Below, piece by piece: positions 56,791-64,000 of a stretch of DNA of 64,000 nucleotides. The notes beneath the pieces were generated by a model that saw only the letters and a program-made list of their open reading frames with translations, made no database searches and was not told the origin of the DNA. The position numbers and the translations under genes were made by a program. Each line of letters opens with the position of its first letter. Within the stretch, counting starts at the first letter, position 1. Source of the stretch: Hyphomicrobiaceae bacterium (GTDB lineage Bacteria; Pseudomonadota; Alphaproteobacteria; Rhizobiales; Hyphomicrobiaceae); contig OZ244980.1 in NCBI GenBank assembly GCA_965223035.1, forward strand, positions 2,029,184 to 2,093,183, in the 5' to 3' direction.

Positions 56791-58491
56791 TCAGCGTGAT
56801 AGAAGTATATTGACCAACGCGGTTCTGCCGCTTTGCGCTGAGGCAAGTGCCGATTTCAGACCGTCCCGCAACTGGTTAACCGTATCCAATTTGGCGCCAT
56901 GGCAGCCGAAAGCGGCTCCGAGCTGTTGATAGTCCGGCCCATTTATGTGCACACCGAAATGAAGGTTATTTGTGGCGGCAACGCCGTCGGGATAGTGGTG
57001 AACGTGGCCTAGACGCATCGCCTCGTAACGACGATTATTGCAAATCACGATCACGATCGGCACGTCATAGGCCTGGGCTGCGCCCAGCGCTTGGGTGATC
57101 GGATTGTAAAGGAATGAACCGTCACCGACAAACAGCACGACGGGGCGGTCGCGTGCGGCAAGTTTGATGCCAAGCGCGCAGGCGATGCCCTGGCCGAGGG
57201 CGCCGCCCGTCACGCGGAAAAAGCTCTGCGGCTGGTCAAGTGGCAGATGCGGGCGCATTGCGGCCATATGGGTGATGGTTTCGTCGACGTAGATGGTGTC
57301 GGAGGGGAACACCTCGGCGGCCACGCTGGCTAGGGCCACAGCGCTGATCTCGCTGCGCGCACGCTCGACCTTGGCGATCTCGGCCAGTTCGCCGGCCATC
57401 GCGATGTGCGCCAGCTCGCAACCCTTGCGGCGCGTCTCGATCGTTGCCGTTTGGGCTTTGCCAGGCTTGGCGGCCTCGGTCAGCTTGCCCAAGCAAACCG
57501 CCAGATCCCCCTCCAGATAGTGGTCGGCAGCCAACACCTGGTAGGCCAAGTGTTGCTTGAACGGGTTGCTGCCAATCGCAACGACCGCGCCCTTGCCCAG
57601 GCGACGCGACGGCGGATACCACGGCGTGCGGGTGCCGACCAGCAAGATGAGGTCGGATTGATCTAATACATCATGGCGGTTCCAACCCTGCCAAAGCGGG
57701 TGGCTGGAAGGGAAATTGGCATAGGTGACGGTGCTGCGCGCACCCACCACGGGCAAGGCCAGCATCTCGGCAAATTCGACCAGCTGCGCATAAGCGCGCG
57801 GATCGCGACCGCTCATCTGCGTGAGAATGACCGGTGACGACGCGCTTGCCACAAGCTTGGCCACCGCCTCGACGTCGCTATCCAGTGGTGCCAATTTGGG
57901 TGCTGGAGGGTGCTTTTCCGCCGGGATATGACCGGGCCATTCGGCCAGCATCGCCTCCAGCCCGACGTCGAGGTAGACCGGGCCCATCTGGTCGCGTTGC
58001 GCGAGCTGACCGCCGCGAACGACGCTGTGATATAACGTCTCGGTTTGGCCAACGTGGCTGGCGTGCTTGACGATCGGGGCGACAAAGCGATCGGCCCCGC
58101 CGACGCTCAAACCACCATACCATTGCGGCTCGATCGGCAGATCAGGCTGCTCGCCAAAGCTGGTGGAGCCACCGGACATCACGAGCATCGGGATTTCGGC
58201 CTCCGCCGCGCTGCGAATCGCCATCGCGCCATGCAGCAGCCCGACGCCGGCGTGCACCAGGACGGCTTGCATGCGGCCGGTATAGGCCGTGTAACCGATC
58301 GCCATGTCGACGGCCAAGGTTTCGTGCCACAGATCGATGAACTGCGGGCCGGATCGCCCGTCAACGGTCTGGCGTGCCATCGCCTCCCACACCGGGCCCC
58401 ACTCCGAGCCTGGTGACGACATGATATAGTCGACAGCCAACGCACGCAGGGCCTGCAAGATGGCTTCGCCCCCGTCACGATAATTCTTCAT
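56791..58491 (-). CDS. Thiamine-diphosphate-dependent enzyme (acetolactate synthase / benzoylformate decarboxylase-like)
   Basis: 566 aa with three-domain architecture. TPP motif: GALGQGIACALG ... VGDGSFLYNP ... ICNNRRY. Confidence 0.85.
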   Translation of the reverse strand: MKNYRDGGEAILQALRALAVDYIMSSPGSEWGPVWEAMARQTVDGRSGPQFIDLWHETLAVDMAIGYTAYTGRMQAVLVHAGVGLLHGAMAIRSAAEAEIPMLVMSGGSTSFGEQPDLPIEPQWYGGLSVGGADRFVAPIVKHASHVGQTETLYHSVVRGGQLAQRDQMGPVYLDVGLEAMLAEWPGHIPAEKHPPAPKLAPLDSDVEAVAKLVASASSPVILTQMSGRDPRAYAQLVEFAEMLALPVVGARSTVTYANFPSSHPLWQGWNRHDVLDQSDLILLVGTRTPWYPPSRRLGKGAVVAIGSNPFKQHLAYQVLAADHYLEGDLAVCLGKLTEAAKPGKAQTATIETRRKGCELAHIAMAGELAEIAKVERARSEISAVALASVAAEVFPSDTIYVDETITHMAAMRPHLPLDQPQSFFRVTGGALGQGIACALGIKLAARDRPVVLFVGDGSFLYNPITQALGAAQAYDVPIVIVICNNRRYEAMRLGHVHHYPDGVAATNNLHFGVHINGPDYQQLGAAFGCHGAKLDTVNQLRDGLKSALASAQSGRTALVNILLSR

Positions 58492-58761
58492 GCCACGCTC
58501 CGCTTGGCGACCGCAGTTGCATCACAAGGCTCAACGCATTGTTTGGGGATGCGGCTCTTCAATACACCTGCCAGCTCTTGGACGCGCGTTGCATCTGATT
58601 GGCTGCAAATTATGCCGCAAGCCCCACCATCGATCCTGTTGGGTGCGAAGTCAGTGGCACCGCACCATCGCCGTGTCAGCGTCCGCGGTGATGCTCGCGT
58701 GCGTGCCGGGTTGAGACGGACCGGATTTGCGGTTGCGTTCGATCGTCATCGAGGCGCCGTG

Positions 58762-59673
58762 TCATCGGCCAAGCGCGCGCGTCGTTTCATCGAACAACTC
58801 CTCAACCGTGACCTTTTGGTTGATCAGTCCCTGTTCCGTGGCGTAGGTGATCACCTGCTCGATGGTCGGGGCATTGGCCTCAAAGCCCATCGGCAACAGA
58901 TCGACACCGCCGGCCGTCAGCGGGTTGGCGGCTTTGGAATCGCCCAGCATGCGGTAGACCTCGCAGATCACATCGGGTCGTTGCCGGCTCAGCGCCGCGC
59001 CAACCACCAAATAGTGATTCACCGGAACGATCCCTTTGCGTTTGAACCAATCAAGCGCGGCCGTGTGGGGGTCGGGAATCAGCGTTGTGACGTTGGGTTC
59101 GCCCTTGATCTCGTTGCCGACGATGGCTGCGTCAAATTCGCCGTCGACCAACATCTCGTCAATCGAGCGACCATCCGGCTCGAATTTGATGACAAACGCC
59201 GGATCCTGCTTCTCGGCCGGGTGCGGGGGATCATAGCTGGTCCAGCGGATCTTGCTGAGATCGACGCCATACTCGTGCTTGAGGATCGCGCGCACCCACA
59301 GTGCAGTCGTCTGCGAATAAGACCGTAGGCCGACCAATTTGCCTTCGATGTCCTTCGGGGCCAGCGCGCCGCGGGCGGTGTTGTAGGAGATGCAGTGGTG
59401 CTGAAAGCGCGACATGATCGGGATCGGCATCAGCACCAATGGTTTGCCCACCTCCCGCGCCTGCAGAAACGAGACGACGGCAAGCTCGGAGATGTGAAAC
59501 CGACCTTCGCGGATCATCGGCTTGAAGCCCTGGTTCGCGATCTTCGGGCCGCACAGGTCGATCGTCACCAAGTCGGAGGGTACCTCATTGGCGTAAAGCG
59601 CCTTGGTGTTGAGGTATTCCGCGATGTTGGCCTGCAACGTGACCGGTCCGCTGTCGGCAAGGGGACTGGGCAT
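58762..59673 (-). CDS. Periplasmic-binding-protein-fold enzyme, 4,5-dihydroxyphthalate decarboxylase (PhtD)/NMT1-like, no signal peptide
   Basis: 303 aa with a cytoplasmic-looking N-terminus. The family resemblance (EGRFHISELAVVSFL, LRSYSQTTALWVRAIL, GEFDAAIVG) is from memory only. Confidence 0.55.
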   Translation of the reverse strand: MPSPLADSGPVTLQANIAEYLNTKALYANEVPSDLVTIDLCGPKIANQGFKPMIREGRFHISELAVVSFLQAREVGKPLVLMPIPIMSRFQHHCISYNTARGALAPKDIEGKLVGLRSYSQTTALWVRAILKHEYGVDLSKIRWTSYDPPHPAEKQDPAFVIKFEPDGRSIDEMLVDGEFDAAIVGNEIKGEPNVTTLIPDPHTAALDWFKRKGIVPVNHYLVVGAALSRQRPDVICEVYRMLGDSKAANPLTAGGVDLLPMGFEANAPTIEQVITYATEQGLINQKVTVEELFDETTRALGR

Positions 59674-59839
59674 GGTCGTTATCCTTCCAATGGATCTGGT
59701 GACCTTGCGACATAACCGCGGCTGGCGGTCACACTATTTGCGCGCCCGCATCAAGGCGCAGCCTCCTGTCACCGTTGGCCGGTATCCTCCGCCGCGGCCG
59801 CAGAATTGAGGCGGGGGCGGAGGTCTGTCCGGCGTCAGC

Positions 59840-60697
59840 TTACCGACCGGTAACCTCGCGCACTCTGTTCAAGGTGGCGTAGCTGCGCGGAGCCGAGCAC
59901 ATCAAGAAACGATAGCCCTCCGCGATGATGCGTTCCACGTTGGATTGCTCGACATGCGGATGGCCGACCACGACGCCGGCTTCCTTGCAGCGCGCCACGA
60001 TCTCGGCCATCGACTCCAGCACCGCCTTATGCTCGTACTGACGCGGGAAACCGAGCTCTTGGCTCAAGTCGCCCTCACCAATCAAAATCGCGCCAATTCC
60101 GGGCACCTTGAGGATGTCCTGCAAGTTGGTAATGCCCTCGGTATCTTCGATCTGCAAAACCACCAAGATCTCGCCATGGGGATCGAGCGGCCAAACATCC
60201 GCCTTTTGATAATACTCTTGTTGCGACAATCCCCAGTACCGCGCCGCTTGGGCGGGTCCGTCGCCGCGGATCCCCGCCGGTTCATACAGCGGTTTGTCCT
60301 TGAGACGTGGATAGCGACAGGCGGCAACGGCGTTGTAGGCTTGGTCGGCGGTTGAAATGTGCGGCCACACCACACCGTAAACGCCGAGGTCAAGCGCCTG
60401 TTTGGCATGCCACTGGGTCTTCTCGACACCGTTAGGCGGAATGCGGACGAGCGGCGTCACCGCCGGGGCCAAGGAGCCGCCTTTGATCAGCTGACCCCGA
60501 TTCAGCGAATATTGCAGGACATCGCGCAACGCACGTCCATCCCAAGCTTGGTGCTCCATCTCGAACACGACGCCGTCATAGTTCGACGTGGCCAGTTCGA
60601 TGGCGACGCTGACCTCGGCCGGCTGAAAACAGGTGATCGAATGTGTGCCGCTTTCTAGGGCTTTGATGACGCCGTTGAGACGCGGGATGGTGGCCAT
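59840..60697 (-). CDS. HpcH/HpaI-family aldolase
   Basis: DGVVFEMEHQAWD, LVRIP, QIEDTEGI, IGEGDLSQELG. Confidence 0.8.
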   Translation of the reverse strand: MATIPRLNGVIKALESGTHSITCFQPAEVSVAIELATSNYDGVVFEMEHQAWDGRALRDVLQYSLNRGQLIKGGSLAPAVTPLVRIPPNGVEKTQWHAKQALDLGVYGVVWPHISTADQAYNAVAACRYPRLKDKPLYEPAGIRGDGPAQAARYWGLSQQEYYQKADVWPLDPHGEILVVLQIEDTEGITNLQDILKVPGIGAILIGEGDLSQELGFPRQYEHKAVLESMAEIVARCKEAGVVVGHPHVEQSNVERIIAEGYRFLMCSAPRSYATLNRVREVTGR

Positions 60698-60755
60698 TTC
60701 AGTCTCCAGTTCATTGCCCGCCGGTCCGCATATGTACAGGCAGGAGGCGGTAGGA

Positions 60756-61790
60756 TCAGGCTTTGCCTATTTTCGCCAAGTGGTTGGCCAAGCGCGGATA
60801 GACCTTAAGAGCATTGCCGCGGAAGATCTTTTGTTTGTCGGCATCGCTGACGGAAAGCTTGTCAACGTACCGCTTGGTGTCGTCGTAGTTGTGGCCGGTG
60901 CGCGGATCAACACCGCGAACCGCACCCACCATCTCCGACGCAAATAAGATGTTGTCGGTCGGGATCACCTCGGCCAGCAGATTGATCCCAGGCTGATGAT
61001 AGACGCAGGTATCGAAATAAACGTGCTTGAGCAGCCACTCTTCAAGCGGAGGCTTGTTCATGTCCTGCGCCAGACCCCGATAACGGCCCCAATGGAACGG
61101 GACCGCGCCGCCGCCATGCGGGATGATGAAGCGTAGCCCAGGAAAGTCCTTGAACAGCTGTTGACCACCGGTGATGAACTGCATGAAGGCCGTCGTATCG
61201 CCGTTGATGTAGTGGGCGCCGGTCGCGTGGAAGCAGGGGTTGCACGAAGAGGAGACATGCACCATCGCCGGCACGTCAAGCTCCACCATCTTCTCGTAAA
61301 TCGGATACCAAAAACGATCGGTCAGCGGCGGATCCTGCCAGTAACCGCCAGACGGGTCGGGAGACAGGTTGCAGCCGATAAAGCCCATTTGGGTAACGCA
61401 CCGTTCCAGCTCGGCCACGCAGTTCCTAGGGCTGACGCCGGGGTGCTGAGGCAATTGGCACACGCCAACGAAATTGTCCGGATAAAGACCAACCACACGG
61501 TTAACCAGATCGTTGCACAGCCGGGTCCACTGTTGGCCGACCGCCTCGGTGCCGACGTGATGGGCCATGCCGGAGGCGCGCGGGGAAAAGATCGTCATGT
61601 CGGTTCCGCGCTCTTTTTGCAGCTTGCGCTGGGCGTTGTCGACGGAGGCGCGGATCTCGTCGTCTGATATGCCCAAGTCCTCCGATTTCGGGATGCGATT
61701 GGCGTCAGCGAGACCAGCCAGCTGTTGATTGCGGAACAGTCCAAGTTGGGCCGGCTCGGTGGTATAGTGGCCATGGCAGTCGATGATCAT
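60756..61790 (-). CDS. Amidohydrolase_2 family enzyme, LigJ (4-oxalomesaconate hydratase)-like
   Basis: 344 aa from ATG 61790: MIIDCHGHYTT, LTDRFWYPIYEKMVELDVPAMVH, IIPHGGGAVPFHWGRY, VYFDTCVY, SDADKQKIFRGNA. These parallel LigJ as I remember it. Confidence 0.7.
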   Translation of the reverse strand: MIIDCHGHYTTEPAQLGLFRNQQLAGLADANRIPKSEDLGISDDEIRASVDNAQRKLQKERGTDMTIFSPRASGMAHHVGTEAVGQQWTRLCNDLVNRVVGLYPDNFVGVCQLPQHPGVSPRNCVAELERCVTQMGFIGCNLSPDPSGGYWQDPPLTDRFWYPIYEKMVELDVPAMVHVSSSCNPCFHATGAHYINGDTTAFMQFITGGQQLFKDFPGLRFIIPHGGGAVPFHWGRYRGLAQDMNKPPLEEWLLKHVYFDTCVYHQPGINLLAEVIPTDNILFASEMVGAVRGVDPRTGHNYDDTKRYVDKLSVSDADKQKIFRGNALKVYPRLANHLAKIGKA

Positions 61791-62031
61791 GGGCGCGGTT
61801 CCTTGATGTGAGTTGTGAGCAGCGGGGCTACATAAACCTTGCGGGGACCGAGGCGGCTGGTTCGTCAAAGTTCAACTTTTCAATCTTGCCCGTCGTGATT
61901 GGGCCGTCAACCGGTGCCAGACGACAGTTGGCGGCCCCGCGTCCGGACTTTTGACCACCGCTGCGCAGCTGCGTTGCAACGCCGCGTTTTGGTGGTGAAA
62001 CCCTGCTCATGCTATCGGTCCCATGACTATT

Positions 62032-62095
62032 CTAGATCATCGCGCCTTAAATCGGAACCGCAAAGCCGGTTCCGATCAAAGGCAGGTTGCTCTAG
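62032..62095. repeat. H-module inside the aromatic cluster
   Basis: ctagatcatcgcgccttaaatcggaaccgcaaagccggttccgatcaaaggcaggttgctctag. Confidence 0.85.
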
Positions 62096-62136
62096 CTCAT
62101 TGATAACGGACATAGTCAAAAGTGGGTTAGACGATG

Positions 62137-62610
62137 TTAGTGAACCAGCCGTCCAGCATGGCCGTGCCGCTGCTGCGCGTCAGTCCGACTGCTGCCAACG
62201 CCGACCAGGTTTGGCAAAGCAATTGGGGCGCCATCGTCTGCCAAGCCGATGGTGGCAGCGCCGCGGTGTGGAGCTTTGATGGCGACCAGAAGTCCGCGTT
62301 CGAGGCCGGTCGAAGGTTCCTGAAGGGACCGCGCGGCGTACGGCACAGCCGTCGCGGTGACCAGTTCCAGCGCGGCTATTGACCGGGCGACGATCGACGC
62401 CAAACCTGCAGTATGGCCAGGACCGACACCCATCGGTGGCAAGGCAAAAACTATGGCCGGATCGCGCCGACGTTTCTGGACAACAACGTTCCAGCCCGCC
62501 GGAACGCGACCTGGGGGTTCTGCGAGGAGCAGCCGAACGCGATGATCCCCGGTCAGCCAAAAGTTGGCGGCCAATGAGGGTCGGACGGCGACCCGGCCGG
62601 TCAAGGCCAT
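62137..62610 (-). CDS. Hypothetical protein (157 aa), probably co-transcribed with the dioxygenase
   Basis: ATG lies 17 nt after the dioxygenase stop. Third-position GC is very high in the sampled codons. I recognise no family. Confidence 0.55.
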   Translation of the reverse strand: MALTGRVAVRPSLAANFWLTGDHRVRLLLAEPPGRVPAGWNVVVQKRRRDPAIVFALPPMGVGPGHTAGLASIVARSIAALELVTATAVPYAARSLQEPSTGLERGLLVAIKAPHRGAATIGLADDGAPIALPNLVGVGSSRTDAQQRHGHAGRLVH

Positions 62611-62627
62611 CGCATCGCCAGCAGCGT

Positions 62628-63569
62628 TCAGCTTCGCACCAGCCGCTCGATCTCGGGCCGTGAGCCCGCTTGTTTGCCAGTGATCGGTGGTCGCGGCAGC
62701 TGGGATTCGCCGGGCTCGATCTCAAACGTGTAGGACAGCGTGTACCACGGACCTGCGATGTCGGCGGCCGGCGGCGGTCCGCTGTCGTGCCGCTTGAACG
62801 TGCCGATCAACCGCTCGGTGACGCCGAACTGGGAATCGGTTTCCAAGTTGGGATCATCGTCGGCATAGACCTGGCTGATGTGGGTTTTGTAGCCGGGTTT
62901 GGCGATCAGGAAATGCAGATGCGCCGGCCGCAAGTTGTGTCGCCGTTGGGCGCGCAAAAGATCGCCGGTCGGGCCGTCGAGCGGCACCGGATAGCCGCTT
63001 GGCTTGATCGAGCGAAAGGCAATTCGGCCGTCCGCGTCGGTGGTGAACTGGCCACGCAAGTTCATGTCGGACTGGGTCGGGTCTTGGTTCTCGTAGTAGC
63101 CGTCATGCGAGCAATGCCAGACATCGACCTTCGCGCCTTCGACCGCGTGGCCGGTCGCATCGATCACGGTCGCTTCAACGAAGATTGGCTCGCCTTCGGT
63201 CGGTGAGCGCACCAACGACTGGCCGTTTTCGGTTGGTGGTGAGTTGGCGCGCCAGAACGGGCCGAGCAGGTTGGCGGTGGTCTCGGTCTGACCGTGGTTT
63301 CCGTTATTCAGCAGACAAACGAGGCTTGAGACGCCGAGCGAACCCGCTAGCAGCACCGCCTCATTGTGACTTTCCGTGGTGGACGCACCGATCCGGTTGA
63401 TGATCGCGCAGGCCTGCTGAAATTCCGCCTCAGTCAGTTGCACCTCGCGGATCAAGGCATGCAAATGCCGCACAAAGGCGGTCATGATCTCTCGAAATCG
63501 AGGATCATCGGCGCGCTGCAGCTCGCTGAGAACAGCGGTCGTCACATCTTGTTGGGTTTTGATGATCAT
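62628..63569 (-). CDS. Intradiol ring-cleavage dioxygenase (hydroxyquinol / catechol 1,2-dioxygenase-like)
   Basis: N-terminal helical domain, then LGPFW, VDVWHCSHDGYY, SIKPSGYPVP, and RPAHLHF (iron ligands). Confidence 0.88.
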   Translation of the reverse strand: MIIKTQQDVTTAVLSELQRADDPRFREIMTAFVRHLHALIREVQLTEAEFQQACAIINRIGASTTESHNEAVLLAGSLGVSSLVCLLNNGNHGQTETTANLLGPFWRANSPPTENGQSLVRSPTEGEPIFVEATVIDATGHAVEGAKVDVWHCSHDGYYENQDPTQSDMNLRGQFTTDADGRIAFRSIKPSGYPVPLDGPTGDLLRAQRRHNLRPAHLHFLIAKPGYKTHISQVYADDDPNLETDSQFGVTERLIGTFKRHDSGPPPAADIAGPWYTLSYTFEIEPGESQLPRPPITGKQAGSRPEIERLVRS

Positions 63570-63618
63570 GCTTCGTCTCGGATTGATGGTCGTGGGTTTG
63601 GGCGCCGACGTCAACCGT

Positions 63619-64000
63619 TCAGGGTCGGATGCCGATGAACTTGATCTGGCTCAGCTCGTCGATCGCATAGCGAATGCCCTCGCGGCCAACGCCGCTGGAT
63701 TTGACGCCACCGAAAGGATAGATATCGACGCGGAAGCGGCTCGGCTCGTTGACCCATAGACAACCGACATCAAAATCGTCGGCGAACCGGAAGGCCGCGT
63801 TGAGATCGCGGGTGAACACCGCGCCCTGCAAACCGAACGGCGAGTCGTTGGCGAGCTTCAGCCCCTGCTCGATGCCGCTGAACCCGGTGACTAAAGCGAT
63901 CGGCCCGAACACCTCCTCGCGCCACAGCCGCGCCGCATCGGACACCTCCAACAAAATCCCCGGCGAGACCGTTGCGCCGTCGCGCTGCGGCCTTAATGCG
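63619..64000 (-). CDS. Aldehyde dehydrogenase family protein, C-terminal part (5' end beyond the window)
   Basis: EEVFGPI, ANDSPFGLQGAVFT, PFGGVKSSGVGREG. The frame stays open to position 64000. Confidence 0.85.
   Translation of the reverse strand, partial: ALRPQRDGATVSPGILLEVSDAARLWREEVFGPIALVTGFSGIEQGLKLANDSPFGLQGAVFTRDLNAAFRFADDFDVGCLWVNEPSRFRVDIYPFGGVKSSGVGREGIRYAIDELSQIKFIGIRP

Overview
High-GC chromosomal segment, by gene content and protein flavour probably from an alphaproteobacterium (Hyphomicrobiales/Bradyrhizobiaceae-like; this is inference). I call about 50 protein genes. Housekeeping and stress genes: gpsA (partial), cell-wall amidase, moaB, htpG, serA, Slt-type lytic transglycosylase, dapA, smpB, modABC, pgi, dnaK-dnaJ, alkB, dxs. 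Catabolic blocks: amidase, deacetylase, nitroreductase and dienelactone hydrolase; a fused indolepyruvate:ferredoxin oxidoreductase; a complete aerobic benzoyl-CoA (box) core (boxR, hydrolase, boxC, boxB, boxA, benzoate-CoA ligase); and a second, unusually composed aromatic cluster at the right end. There is one small IS5-family insertion sequence. I found no rRNA, tRNA, CRISPR array, prophage or recognisable defence system. Four things are not explained by ordinary annotation. (1) A very dense family of modular, CTAG-terminated, hairpin-forming intergenic mosaic repeats (about 20 modules at 14 loci) abuts stop codons, donates the TAG of at least 7 genes and has been hit by the IS. (2) An 864-aa polytopic membrane protein carries lipase-type alpha/beta-hydrolase motifs split between its extreme N- and C-termini. 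It sits between a long flotillin/SPFH protein and another uncharacterised membrane protein, and is my best candidate for an undescribed system. (3) A membrane-anchored prolyl-hydroxylase-like 2OG oxygenase is sandwiched between two proline-rich envelope proteins. (4) A cysteine-free peroxiredoxin-fold gene is fused to a modABC operon that is itself split by a repeat-derived spacer. All calls rest on reading the supplied translations and the DNA. No database search was run.
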